From Candidatus Woesearchaeota archaeon (GTDB lineage: Archaea > Nanobdellota > Nanobdellia > SCGC-AAA011-G17 > PNOQ01): a DNA stretch of 64,000 nucleotides. Each line of letters begins with the position of its first letter. The stretch's first letter is position 1. The position numbers were made by a program, and so were the translations under genes. The notes under the pieces were generated by a model. The model was not told the origin of the DNA, ran no database searches, and saw nothing but the letters and a program-made list of their open reading frames with translations. Where the stretch lies: contig CAZRTL010000006.1 in NCBI GenBank assembly GCA_964603065.1, forward strand, positions 84-64,083, given 5' to 3'. Shown piece by piece: positions 8,556 to 18,561 of this stretch.

Positions 8556-10874
8556 ATGAAGAGATGGTGGTTATTAATTTTTGGATTGATTTTATTTAGT
8601 TTTAGTGTTAATGCTATTCCTTGTGATGGATATTGGAATGGTGAACTTTCTAATCCAGTTAGTTTTGTAGATTGTGATTTTGATTGTGATAATTATGATT
8701 ATCAAAATCTTTGCGAAGGACAAGATCCTAATAAAGTTGAATGTTTTGGTGAAGATAGTGTTGGTGTAGATGGTCCTCCTGATGGAGTGGGAGATGTCTT
8801 ACATAAATGTCAATGGAATAATAATCAGTGTATAAATTGGTTCCATGACGGAGATTCTAATGTAGTTTATAATAGTGGTTCAACGGATTCTTTTTCTTCG
8901 TACTCTTTTCTTGAATCTGTTTGTTATAATCCATTAAGTGTTCCTGACTCTTGCGATTGGTTAAAAGGAAGTTTTGTTATAGAGAGAGGATTTTGTCAGT
9001 ATCATGGAAATCCACCTCTTTTTGCAGAAATTAAAGGCCTTTCAGAATCTGACCCTTATCAAAATTGTGTTAATGATGTAAATAATCTTTTTGACTTGAA
9101 AGAAGCTTGGGGGCAGAATACACGGGCAGTTCAGTTACCCGGTTTTTCTGGAGGGAGTAGTAGTTATAGGTTGGGGGGATTTTGTTTAAATTATTGTAGA
9201 GAGTATTCTGGTTATGTTGATGATTTTGGATTATGTGGCAATGATGGTGGGGTGGTTAATGGATGGGCACATAATAACTGTCCTAACGTTAGATATGAAG
9301 ATTCTTGTGCTGGTTCTATTTTACGTGAATACTCTTGTGATGGAACCCAGACTAATCCATCTACCACTTGGGCAGATGGGGTTAATTATTTGTTGACTAC
9401 GACCGATTGCTATTCTCCTGGAGGACCTGCAACTTGCGACAATAGTTGTGGAACTTCTTCTAATTCTGGAACTGATACGTGCAGATTGGGAGATGGAGGA
9501 GGATATTGTACAGGTACGGGACTAAATGCTCGTTGTGAGAGTGGAGGATCTTCTCCTGATTTAGATGATGGGGAGAGTTATGTTACTGAGTTTAACAATG
9601 AATGTTCTTCAGGTGGTGGATGGACTGGAAGTGTTGATTGGGCCAATGGAGGAAGTATTGGGTATTATGGGGAGTATAATAATGAACTTTATTGGAAAGA
9701 GGCAATTATTTATGATGAGGGAGGGATTTTTATTTTTGGGCAGAATGATACCTCAGATAGAGGAGATTTTGAAACCGAAGCATGTGGAGACGATGAAAAT
9801 GAGTTTTTTATAGGGGGGTTATGTTGTGATGATTCTAATGATCAAATTTTGAGTAATGTAATAGATAATATTGATGATATTTTTGATATGAATGGAAGTT
9901 ATTGTATGGATGCCAATATAGGTAGTTGTGGTAATTTAGTGAAGGATTCCTGGGAACAATGTGATGGACTATATATAGATTATAATAGGACTATTCTGGC
10001 CGGTTCTAATATGGCAACTACTTCTGAACTTTATTTAGTTCTAGGTAATGATTCTGCCTGCGGAGGAGATATTTGTGATTTGAATACTTGTACTTGTTCG
10101 GGTAGTCCGCCAATAAATTGTCAGTTAGGGAATGCTCATTGGGGCCCTACTAAGTCTAATGATAATGTAGTAGAAGGAGAAACTATAGATTTAATTATTG
10201 ATGGTACTGACTGTGATGGATTAGGAGTTGAATTTTTTGTAAAAGAGAGCGATGGAGTTTTTGGAGTACAAGATTGGGATAGTGCGGATTGGGTTTTGAT
10301 TTATGGTAATTCTCCTATTGGTTCTGCAACTTTTGAGGGCAATAAAGCAAATTTTACCTGGACTTCAGTTTGGACTGACGATGATGATAGTTGGGATTCG
10401 GACCCAGAATATATTTTTAGAGCAATTTCGACAAGTGATTCGTCTTTATATAAAAATTCTTTTGATGAACTTAAAGTTAGTCAAAATCCTGCTGGAGATT
10501 GTGAAATTGATTTGGGTGAAGAATGTTGTATTGCGGGCGAGGTTTGTTCTGGCGGGAATTGGGATGGAAGCGGAGCCATTTGTTCTGCTGGAGAGAGTTG
10601 TTGTTTGACTGTATGTTCTAACCCTTTAGATTATCCTGGATCTATTGATGGAACTTATATGGGATGGGGTGAATGTATTGATGATGGAGATGGGGATAGT
10701 GTCGGAATAAGAAAAACTTACCTTTATAATTCAACTACAGGAATACTTATTAATGAAATAGGGTCGGAGGAATGTATATTTGGAGAAGAAGAGATTCCCT
10801 TCTTTAGTAATTTCGCAATGTTTTTGGTATTTTTTATATTGATAGGATTCTATTTTTGGAATCGAAAGAAATAA
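8556..10874 (+). CDS. Cys/Gly/Asp-rich secreted surface protein with C-terminal membrane anchor
   Basis: Signal peptide; many Cys; C-terminal IPFF + hydrophobic helix + RKK, resembling archaeosortase-type sorting signals. Confidence 0.75.
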   Translation: MKRWWLLIFGLILFSFSVNAIPCDGYWNGELSNPVSFVDCDFDCDNYDYQNLCEGQDPNKVECFGEDSVGVDGPPDGVGDVLHKCQWNNNQCINWFHDGDSNVVYNSGSTDSFSSYSFLESVCYNPLSVPDSCDWLKGSFVIERGFCQYHGNPPLFAEIKGLSESDPYQNCVNDVNNLFDLKEAWGQNTRAVQLPGFSGGSSSYRLGGFCLNYCREYSGYVDDFGLCGNDGGVVNGWAHNNCPNVRYEDSCAGSILREYSCDGTQTNPSTTWADGVNYLLTTTDCYSPGGPATCDNSCGTSSNSGTDTCRLGDGGGYCTGTGLNARCESGGSSPDLDDGESYVTEFNNECSSGGGWTGSVDWANGGSIGYYGEYNNELYWKEAIIYDEGGIFIFGQNDTSDRGDFETEACGDDENEFFIGGLCCDDSNDQILSNVIDNIDDIFDMNGSYCMDANIGSCGNLVKDSWEQCDGLYIDYNRTILAGSNMATTSELYLVLGNDSACGGDICDLNTCTCSGSPPINCQLGNAHWGPTKSNDNVVEGETIDLIIDGTDCDGLGVEFFVKESDGVFGVQDWDSADWVLIYGNSPIGSATFEGNKANFTWTSVWTDDDDSWDSDPEYIFRAISTSDSSLYKNSFDELKVSQNPAGDCEIDLGEECCIAGEVCSGGNWDGSGAICSAGESCCLTVCSNPLDYPGSIDGTYMGWGECIDDGDGDSVGIRKTYLYNSTTGILINEIGSEECIFGEEEIPFFSNFAMFLVFFILIGFYFWNRKK

Positions 10875-10899
10875 ATATATGTTAATTTAAGGTAAGTAT

Positions 10900-11208
10900 A
10901 TGGAAGAAAATATTCAAATTTTAGGATTGGATTCTTTTGAAAATAAGGAAAAAGATAAAATAATGAGCTATGTTGAGAGGTACAGCGATAAAATTTTTAG
11001 AAATATTGTGGGGGATATGATTATACATGCTAAAAAGCACGAAAAGGATGGTAATCGGGCTAATTATTCTTTTCATATTAAAATCCAAACTCCCGAAACT
11101 TTGATTAGTGTTAGAGATGATGATTGGATATTATCCACGGCTCTGCATAAAGTTTTGAAAAAAGTTGAAAATAATATTAAGCATAAATTTAAAGTTGAAG
11201 GAAAATAA
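10900..11208 (+). CDS. HPF/RaiA-like ribosome-associated protein (putative)
   Basis: Size and pattern (YSFHIKI...DDWILSTALHKVLKKVEN) resemble the archaeal HPF-like fold. Confidence 0.55.
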   Translation: MEENIQILGLDSFENKEKDKIMSYVERYSDKIFRNIVGDMIIHAKKHEKDGNRANYSFHIKIQTPETLISVRDDDWILSTALHKVLKKVENNIKHKFKVEGK

Positions 11209-11552
11209 TGGAATATAAGCAAGTTATTTTAGTTAGACAAGATTTGAAACTATCTAAAGGAAAAATGAGCTCCCAGGTGAGTCATGCTAGTGTCGAAGCT
11301 ACTTTAAAATCTGATCAGGATAAAGTTAGGTCATGGAGAGGCAAAGGCATGAAGAAAGTTGTTTTGAAAGTCAAAGATGAAAAAGAGTTACTAAAATATA
11401 AAAGATTAGCAGATGAATTAGGTTTAGTTAATTCTCTGGTTAAGGATGCGGGCAGAACGGAAATAAAACCTGGAACCTTGACTTGTTTGGCTATTGGCCC
11501 GGATTTACTTGAAAAAGTGGATAAGGTTTCTAAAGATTTGAAGATGGTTTGA
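11208..11552 (+). CDS. pth2: Peptidyl-tRNA hydrolase 2
   Basis: KQVILVRQDLKLSKGK..Q..HA, DAGRTEI.PGT.T.LAIGP. Confidence 0.96.
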   Translation: MEYKQVILVRQDLKLSKGKMSSQVSHASVEATLKSDQDKVRSWRGKGMKKVVLKVKDEKELLKYKRLADELGLVNSLVKDAGRTEIKPGTLTCLAIGPDLLEKVDKVSKDLKMV

Positions 11553-11592
11553 TAAAAATAAAGTTTATAAATCAGGTGAGTTTCTCTTTTAT

Positions 11593-12078
11593 ATGAGAAA
11601 AGATGCCTATTACACAAATATGGACGATTTTAATATAAGTGCTGTTGATTTGGCTAGATCTAGGCAGGCTGGTGCGAAAATAGCATTAAGTGCTAAGGGA
11701 GTTACTGAAGAAGTTGATAGAGCAAAGAATTTCATGTTAAAGAATAGTGGGGTTTTTATTACTGGAGATTATGAACTAGTTGAAGAGAATGCTGTACAAA
11801 GAGTCTATCATATATTTTTTAGATTTGATGATAGATTGGGCAAGAGAAATCATAATATAACTCAAATTCCTCTTACTTTTGATAGAGATGACCCCGAAGA
11901 TATTGGAGACCTAGTGATGTTAGGATTGGAAAATCTTAGTAATAACTTTAATAGATATGACGAACTACAGGCCACTCACCCCTGTTGTTTAATTACTGAG
12001 GCTGAAGAGTTGAAAGGTAAATTAGGAATTTTGCTTCTTTATAAACCGGAAGAAATAATTAATTATGAGCCTTCTTGA
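11593..12078 (+). CDS. Hypothetical protein
   Basis: 161-aa ORF with upstream TTTATAAA; no recognisable motif. Confidence 0.6.
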   Translation: MRKDAYYTNMDDFNISAVDLARSRQAGAKIALSAKGVTEEVDRAKNFMLKNSGVFITGDYELVEENAVQRVYHIFFRFDDRLGKRNHNITQIPLTFDRDDPEDIGDLVMLGLENLSNNFNRYDELQATHPCCLITEAEELKGKLGILLLYKPEEIINYEPS

Positions 12079-12084
12079 GAAAAA

Positions 12085-12429
12085 TTAATTTGTCATTTTT
12101 TCTATTTGTTTTAAAAAATTATTTACATTAAAAGGTTTTTTGATAAATCCAATTACATTTTTATATAATGCTAGTTTTTCTTCTCTCTCCTCGTCTGTGA
12201 TTAGATAAATAATTTTTAATCCTTTTGTTTTTTTAACAGCTTCTAAAACTTCTTTTCTAGGATTATAGCACCCCATTAGAATAAAATTTGGCTTATGTTT
12301 TTTGATTTTTTCTAGGCAATTATTGCAATTGGCAGTGGAAATAACTTTGTATTGATTTTTTTTAAGAATTGTTTTGATTGTAAATCGGGTATCTCTATCA
12401 TTATCTACAATCATTATTGTTTTTTTCAT
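12085..12429 (-). CDS. Receiver-domain protein, atypical (phosphoacceptor Asp absent)
   Basis: IMIVDND...KKPF receiver fold; FILMG where LILLD is expected. Confidence 0.8.
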   Translation of the reverse strand: MKKTIMIVDNDRDTRFTIKTILKKNQYKVISTANCNNCLEKIKKHKPNFILMGCYNPRKEVLEAVKKTKGLKIIYLITDEEREEKLALYKNVIGFIKKPFNVNNFLKQIEKMTN

Positions 12430-12443
12430 GTTCTACTTCTCGG

Positions 12444-12812
12444 TTAAGCCCCTAATATTTTTTTTATTTTCTTTTTGAAAACAATATTGTCAATTGGTTT
12501 TTCTATATATGCTACCGGATTTAATTTTTTAATGACTCCCTTACCATTTTTGCTTAGACTAACTACTGATAAAAAGGCGACTTTTTGTTTTTTTAACTTT
12601 GGACTTGCCCTAATCTTTTCTAATGTTTCTATTCCTGACATTTTTGGCATTAATATATCCAGTATCATCAAATCAAATTTCTCTTTTCCAAGAAGTTTAA
12701 TAGCCCCCTTCCCATTGTCGATAGTTTTTATTTCATGTCCCATGGTTTCAATCAACATTTTTACAGATTCCAGAACATCAAGCTCATCATCAACGACTAA
12801 AATTTTTGCCAT
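12444..12812 (-). CDS. Single-domain response regulator (CheY-like)
   Basis: ILVVDDE, DLMILDILMP.MSG, YIEKP. Confidence 0.93.
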   Translation of the reverse strand: MAKILVVDDELDVLESVKMLIETMGHEIKTIDNGKGAIKLLGKEKFDLMILDILMPKMSGIETLEKIRASPKLKKQKVAFLSVVSLSKNGKGVIKKLNPVAYIEKPIDNIVFKKKIKKILGA

Positions 12813-12836
12813 CTTTATGTTTTTTTGGATTTATTC

Positions 12837-14846
12837 CTATTTAAGCTTTTTTATTGGTAAAGTAAAATAAAATGTTGAACCCTTACCTAAAGTACTTTCA
12901 ACCCAAATTTTACCTCCATGTTGTTTTATTATTCCCCTACAAATACTTAAACCCAACCCAGTTCCCCCATATTTTCTAGTATAGCTAGATTCTAATTGAG
13001 TAAATGAATGAAATATTCTCTCACGATCTTTCTTAGATATTCCTATGCCCGTATCTTTTATTTTGACTAAAATATAATCTTTTTCTCTTTTAGCTTCAAT
13101 ATTTATTCCACCTTTATGTGTAAATTTAATGGCATTATCGATTAAATTAGTTAATATTTCTGTTATTCTTTTTTTGTCTGCCGTAATTAAGGGGAGGCTA
13201 TCTAATTTATAATCAAGTTCTAAACCTTTTTTCTCTGCTACTGGAGTCATACTTTTCACCACCAAGCCAACACAATCTCCCAATTGTATTTCACTAAGTT
13301 TTAGTTTAAACCCTTCTGCTTGTACCCTAGAGATTTCCAAAATATCTTCTATTAAGTCATTAAGACGGTTTATATTTCTAAGTATAATATCGAAACTCTT
13401 TTTTTGTTTTTCATTTAATTTTCCTAAATCTCCTTGTAATATCATTTGGGTTTGTATTTTTGCAGGAGTTAAAGGAGTTTTTAATTCATGGGAAGTTATA
13501 GTTAGAAATCTACTTTTTAGAACATCTAATTCTTTTAATTTTTTGTAAGATTCTTTTAATTTTTTTTCAGATTCCTTTTCTTTACTTATATCTCTCACTG
13601 TAGCTTGCAGTACTCCCTTGCCCAAGAGGTTCATTCTGGTTAATAAGACCGTTGCAGGGAAAACTTGTCCATCTAATCTTTTGTGATCCCATTCAAAAAG
13701 GTGTTTTCCTTTTTTCATTGCAGTATTTATCATTTCCATGGCTTTAGTGGAAGATAATTTTCCATCAGGTTGATTTTTTGGGGAATACTGCCAAGGAGCT
13801 TTAGATGTAAAATCTTTTTCATTTTTGGCTTTAAACATTTTTATTGTTGATGGATTTCCTGCGGTGAATTTCCATGTAGGGGGTTCTAAAATCATTATTG
13901 CATCGCTCGATGATTCGTACATTGTATTTGCTTTTTCATAAACTTCTTTTAATTTTCCTCGAGCTTGTCTTATTTCGGTAATATCCCTATCAATCCCCCT
14001 ATAACCTAGTAGTTTGCCTTTTGAATCTATAATAGGTACACCATTTGTTTCAAGTACAACAATTTTTCCATTTTTATGTTTATTTTTATTAATTAAACCA
14101 GAAAATGATTTTTTTAATTTTACAATGTTTGCAAATTCGGGGCCAAGCTTTTTAGCATCTTCCTTTGTCATTAAGTCGAAAGGAGTTTTCCCTATAATCT
14201 CTTTGGGGGAATACCCAAGTATATCTTTAATTTTTGGACTAGCGTATGTATAAGTGCCTTTCGCATTAACTTCCCAAATCCAATCAGAAGTAGATTCTAC
14301 TAGCCCCCTAAATTTTTCCTCACCTTCTCGTAATTTTATAGTTCTTTTCTTAATTTTGATTTCTAATTCTTCATGGGATTTTTTTAATTTTTTTTCTGCT
14401 TTTATTCTATCAGTAATGTCTGTATTAATTCCAACATATCCAGTAATTTCACCTTTGACATTTTTCAATGCTGCAGCAGTTCCATAAACCCAAGTTACTC
14501 TTTTTTTTCTATCTATTAGTCGGTACTCTGTCCCCCATTTACCTCCGGCCTTAACTGTTTTATACCAATTTTTCTCCACTTTTTTTCGATCATCTGGATG
14601 AATCCCATTTATCCACCCCTTTCCAAGAGTTTCTTTTATTGTTAATCCAGTCATATTACGCCAAAAAGTATTCACAAAAGTACAATTTCCTTTTTTATCA
14701 GTCATATAAATTGCTGAAGGAGAAGAAGAGATAAGTGTTTTGAATTTTTCTTCGCTTTCAATCAATTTTGCTTTTTCTTCTTCTAAATCTTCTAAAATAT
14801 TAAGCAGGGCCTCAGGTTTCAATAATAGATTTTTCTTGGATTTCAT
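12837..14846 (-). CDS. PAS-domain sensor histidine kinase
   Basis: Three PAS-like repeats; H box SHELKTPL; N box NLIDNAIKF; DTGIGI and GTGLGL G boxes. Confidence 0.95.
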   Translation of the reverse strand: MKSKKNLLLKPEALLNILEDLEEEKAKLIESEEKFKTLISSSPSAIYMTDKKGNCTFVNTFWRNMTGLTIKETLGKGWINGIHPDDRKKVEKNWYKTVKAGGKWGTEYRLIDRKKRVTWVYGTAAALKNVKGEITGYVGINTDITDRIKAEKKLKKSHEELEIKIKKRTIKLREGEEKFRGLVESTSDWIWEVNAKGTYTYASPKIKDILGYSPKEIIGKTPFDLMTKEDAKKLGPEFANIVKLKKSFSGLINKNKHKNGKIVVLETNGVPIIDSKGKLLGYRGIDRDITEIRQARGKLKEVYEKANTMYESSSDAIMILEPPTWKFTAGNPSTIKMFKAKNEKDFTSKAPWQYSPKNQPDGKLSSTKAMEMINTAMKKGKHLFEWDHKRLDGQVFPATVLLTRMNLLGKGVLQATVRDISKEKESEKKLKESYKKLKELDVLKSRFLTITSHELKTPLTPAKIQTQMILQGDLGKLNEKQKKSFDIILRNINRLNDLIEDILEISRVQAEGFKLKLSEIQLGDCVGLVVKSMTPVAEKKGLELDYKLDSLPLITADKKRITEILTNLIDNAIKFTHKGGINIEAKREKDYILVKIKDTGIGISKKDRERIFHSFTQLESSYTRKYGGTGLGLSICRGIIKQHGGKIWVESTLGKGSTFYFTLPIKKLK

Positions 14847-16225
14847 TTTTTGTTTTTTGTAAGCTTCTTTTTTAATTCTATCATTTTTTCTTCTCTTTTA
14901 ATTGCAACTTTTGTAAATCTTTCAAGATCTAGAGATTTTTTCTTTATACCCATTTCTGCCTTTTTACGTATTTTAATTTCAGATTGAAGTTGTTTATTAT
15001 GTGTTTCTAATTCTTTTCTTTTTTTCCTTAATTCAAATGCCATCTTATTGATAGAATCTCCGAGTTCTCCTATTTCATCTTTTGATTTTATTTTTACCCT
15101 AGGTCTTAGGTTTCCCTTTCCGATTTGAATTGCAGTATTTTTGAGTTTTATTATGGGTTTTGAAATATTGTGTGCAATGAAAATACTTATTAAAACTGAA
15201 ATTGCTAGAAAAATAAATAATATGAGAAAAATACTGTTTCTTAATTCCTCCACTGGTTTAAGTATCTCTTCTGTTTCATGTTCTATCATTAATATCCAAT
15301 CCAATCCTTTGTAATTTTTGTGGCCGTGAGAGTGAGTATGGGCAAATAATATTTTTCCTTCTTCCGGTTCAAGTTCATCTGAAATGAAAGAATTATTTTC
15401 TTCTTTTTCAAGTCTGGATAGTAACTTTTCTGACACTCGATCTAGGATCCCGTAATCATAATATTCTTCAGACGCATAAATTATTTTTCCATCAGAAGTT
15501 AATAGTTTGAGGTGCATTGTTTCATGTTTTTCAGTCAGTTCTATTTCTTTGAGCATGCTGATTAATTCTTCTATATTCAAAACGACTTTCATTACTCCCA
15601 AAAAATTTCCAGATTCATCGCTTATTTTTATTCCTGCAGAGATAGAATAAATACTTGTGCTTTCGTCATATTCAATATTTTCTATATATAGTTCTTCTTC
15701 ACTCGCCTTTTGCCACCATACTTCATCATCTTGCTTGTAATCTGTGGTTTTTCCAGTTTGAGCGATATTTGCCCCATATTTGTTAGTCACAAAAACTTCT
15801 CCATATACTTTATATCCTTCTTCCTTCTCATGGAAATCTGATTTTTTTCTTAGCTGCTGCGATATTTTATTGTTGATTAAGTTTTGCATAAATGGAGTAA
15901 TTTCTTCTTTTGAAGTGGATATCCAATCTTCATTTTTTTCATTGATATATGATTCGATATCTTCAAAATTGTCGAATTCTTGGTTGGATTCAATGATAAA
16001 ATTATGTAATTCTCTACTGGCATAGGCATATGAATGCCACGCTTCGAATCTATTTTGTATATTTCTATCAATTTTATCCATAGTTTCTTTAACTAAAACT
16101 ATGGAGGATTCCTCTATTGATTTTTCTAGTGTTTGTTGACTAATATCAACAGAAATATAACCCATCAATCCCATGAGTAGAGCGATTACCAAAAATCCCG
16201 ATATTAATTTTTGGTTTAATTTCAT
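14843..16225 (-). CDS. Membrane sensor (Cache-like + HAMP) without kinase domain
   Basis: Two TM helices flanking an extracellular domain; HAMP (ISKPIIKL...DEIGELGDSIN.M). Confidence 0.85.
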   Translation of the reverse strand: MKLNQKLISGFLVIALLMGLMGYISVDISQQTLEKSIEESSIVLVKETMDKIDRNIQNRFEAWHSYAYASRELHNFIIESNQEFDNFEDIESYINEKNEDWISTSKEEITPFMQNLINNKISQQLRKKSDFHEKEEGYKVYGEVFVTNKYGANIAQTGKTTDYKQDDEVWWQKASEEELYIENIEYDESTSIYSISAGIKISDESGNFLGVMKVVLNIEELISMLKEIELTEKHETMHLKLLTSDGKIIYASEEYYDYGILDRVSEKLLSRLEKEENNSFISDELEPEEGKILFAHTHSHGHKNYKGLDWILMIEHETEEILKPVEELRNSIFLILFIFLAISVLISIFIAHNISKPIIKLKNTAIQIGKGNLRPRVKIKSKDEIGELGDSINKMAFELRKKRKELETHNKQLQSEIKIRKKAEMGIKKKSLDLERFTKVAIKREEKMIELKKKLTKNKK

Positions 16226-16333
16226 CTTTACCTCTTTTATTTAATATTTTATTTAAAAAGTATAAAAGCCTTACTATTCACCTAAAAAATCTAAATCGGA
16301 AAGTTTTTAAATAGTGATTTATCTTGTTTTTCT

Positions 16334-16447
16334 AGGACGATCATAGTGGACTGGTCATACCCGAACTCATTTCGAACTCGGTAGTCAAGCAGTCTTACGT
16401 TCCTGATTGTACTGCATTGTTGTGCGGGAACTCAGGAAAGTTGTCCT
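16334..16447 (+). rRNA. rrf: 5S rRNA (stand-alone)
   Basis: Terminal helix AGGACGA/TTGTCCT; conserved CCCGAACTCATTTCGAACTCGGTAGTCAAG segment; upstream TATA, downstream T-tract. Confidence 0.9.
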
Positions 16448-16488
16448 TTTTTCATTAATTTTATAAATTCTCATTTTAGTTTAGTTTT

Positions 16489-16785
16489 ATGGATAACAAA
16501 GAAATAGCCAGGGAGAGAATTAAGAAATTATTTTCGGAGGCGGATGAGGTTTTTTCTAAGGATAAGAAGTTAGCTAATAGGTATGTTAATTTGGCTAGAA
16601 AAATAGCTATGAAGTTTAATTTAAGAATGCCTCGAGGTTTTAAAAGAAGATTTTGTAAGCATTGTTATTCATATTTAGTGCCTGGAAAAAACTTAAGGGT
16701 TAGAACTAAAGATAAGAAAGTTGTTTATTATTGTTTAGAATGTAAAAAATTTACGAGATTTCCTCTTTTAGTGAAGGGTAAGTAG
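16489..16785 (+). CDS. rnp4: RNase P protein component 4 (Rpp21)
   Basis: IARERI..LF, RYV.LARKI, FCKHC...CLEC zinc ribbon. Confidence 0.93.
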   Translation: MDNKEIARERIKKLFSEADEVFSKDKKLANRYVNLARKIAMKFNLRMPRGFKRRFCKHCYSYLVPGKNLRVRTKDKKVVYYCLECKKFTRFPLLVKGK

Positions 16786-17164
16786 TCCACCATTTGTTTT
16801 TTATCCAATCTTTTTCCAGTTTTAAGAGGAAAGCAAAACCTCTATTTTTTAGCTCTTTATCTACGACCCCTCCTAAATGAGGGTGAGTAAATTGCTTTGG
16901 TAAGGGGGAGTGGAATCCGTGCATATAATGAATTAATTCGTGAGCTATTGTCGTATCTATTATAAATTCTGGAACTTGTTCGTCTCTAAATAAGTTATTT
17001 ACTGCTATTTCCGTTGATCCATCTTTTAATCTTTTTATATGGCCAAATTTAGTTTTCCAGTTACCTTTAAATCTTATTCTTATTTCGTTTAATCTGTTTA
17101 CTTCTGGCATTAGAACATTCCAAATTCTTTCTAATCTACATTGAAGCCACAAATCCGATCTCAT
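16751..17164 (-). CDS. SprT-like zinc metalloprotease (putative)
   Basis: TIAHELIHY HExxH motif plus downstream His (HPH). Confidence 0.65.
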   Translation of the reverse strand: MRSDLWLQCRLERIWNVLMPEVNRLNEIRIRFKGNWKTKFGHIKRLKDGSTEIAVNNLFRDEQVPEFIIDTTIAHELIHYMHGFHSPLPKQFTHPHLGGVVDKELKNRGFAFLLKLEKDWIKNKWWTTYPSLKEEIS

Positions 17165-17216
17165 AAAAATTCGTTATTTTGGAGTTTTAAAAGAATTGTT
17201 AAGAATAAAAGTATAT

Positions 17217-17414
17217 TTAGAATTTCTTAAATTGCGATACTTTTTCTAATAAATCAATATGTCCTAAGAATAAAGCTCTGCAACAGTATCTATCCAGTTT
17301 TAGGTCATTTAGAACTTTTTTAGGTTCTTCGCCTTCATCTACTCTCTTATTATATTCTTCCCAGAGGTGACCTACTGGTTTTCCACAACTGAAACATCTT
17401 ATTGGTATTATCAT
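17217..17414 (-). CDS. rpoN: RNA polymerase subunit N (Rpo10)
   Basis: MIIPIRCFSCGK...RYCCR. Confidence 0.97.
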   Translation of the reverse strand: MIIPIRCFSCGKPVGHLWEEYNKRVDEGEEPKKVLNDLKLDRYCCRALFLGHIDLLEKVSQFKKF

Positions 17415-17415
17415 T

Positions 17416-17808
17416 TTATCTGTAAGATTTTTGTCTTTTTGCTCTAGCTTTAGAGTCGTTTGGTTTACACATTTCTTTTCTTCTAGTATCTGCTACTAAT
17501 AAATGTCTGTCGTAATCTAAAAACTTTTTCTTTAATGTTTTATTTGCTTCTGCTAGGCATCTAGCAATTGCTAATCTTGAAGCATCTGCTTGTGAAGACC
17601 ATCCTCCCCCATTTACATTTACACTAATGTTGAATTTTTTTACTTGATCTCCAGCAAGTACCAAAGGTTCCATTATCTTCATTTTTGCTATTTCTGGACT
17701 ATGATTTTCTAATAGTGTCGAATTTATTCTAACTACTCCTTTTCCATCTGAAAGGGTAGCTTTTGCTATCGAAGTTTTTCTTTTTCCGTTTTTATGTATA
17801 GCTTTCAT
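17416..17808 (-). CDS. rps9: 30S ribosomal protein S9
   Basis: GKRKTSIA, GGGWSSQADA, ARAKRQKSYR. Confidence 0.97.
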   Translation of the reverse strand: MKAIHKNGKRKTSIAKATLSDGKGVVRINSTLLENHSPEIAKMKIMEPLVLAGDQVKKFNISVNVNGGGWSSQADASRLAIARCLAEANKTLKKKFLDYDRHLLVADTRRKEMCKPNDSKARAKRQKSYR

Positions 17809-18218
17809 CTTTTAAGTTGTTGACATAATTCTTCGACTGTAATGTATTTAAAAGTTTTACTTTTTGTTATATTTGAAGATTCAATTTTCTCAATTTTCTC
17901 TTTTGAGAACTTCTCTGGGACTCCCATGTGACACATTATGTTTTCGAATGCTTTTTTACCTTTTTCCTGTTTATAAGGTAGCATACCTCTAATTGCCCTT
18001 CTTACAAATCTATCTGGCATTTTTGGTAAATAAGGTCCTTTTAATGGGGTTCCTCTTTTGTCTTGTTCTTTGTATTTTCTATGAATAGTAACTTTATCTC
18101 CAGTTATGATAGCCTTTTCACAATTAACCAATTCAATTTTTTCTCCAAGCAATGCTCTTTTAGCAACTACTGTTGAAAACCTTCCTAATATTGAATCTTT
18201 AACATCTATTACTACCAT
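17805..18218 (-). CDS. rpl13: 50S ribosomal protein L13
   Basis: ILGR..T.VAK, RRAIRGMLP. Confidence 0.96.
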   Translation of the reverse strand: MVVIDVKDSILGRFSTVVAKRALLGEKIELVNCEKAIITGDKVTIHRKYKEQDKRGTPLKGPYLPKMPDRFVRRAIRGMLPYKQEKGKKAFENIMCHMGVPEKFSKEKIEKIESSNITKSKTFKYITVEELCQQLKR

Positions 18219-18219
18219 T

Positions 18220-18561
18220 TTATCCGATTATTTTAATGTTTTTCCCCTTTGGATCTTTCTTTATTAATTCATGAATCGAAGTTAAATTTCCTTCTAACTT
18301 TTCTTTTGCTGATTCTGTTATTGAAAATGATGCAACTGTTATTTTATGATCTAGTTTTCCTGAACCAAGTATTTTACCTGGGACCAATACTATTTCATTA
18401 TCTTTGGTATATTTGTTTAATTTTTCTAAATTTACTTCCCTTATAGATCTGGTTGGTTTTTGTAGTTCTTTTGATATCCTTTTCCAGAAACTAGAGTTCT
18501 CTTTAGTAGAATGTTCTTTTAGTTCTTGTATTAAATTTTCTCTATGGGAATTTGTTTTCAT
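18220..18561 (-). CDS. rpl18e: 50S ribosomal protein L18e
   Basis: EVNLEKL, VLVPGKILGSG; operon context. Confidence 0.95.
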   Translation of the reverse strand: MKTNSHRENLIQELKEHSTKENSSFWKRISKELQKPTRSIREVNLEKLNKYTKDNEIVLVPGKILGSGKLDHKITVASFSITESAKEKLEGNLTSIHELIKKDPKGKNIKIIG

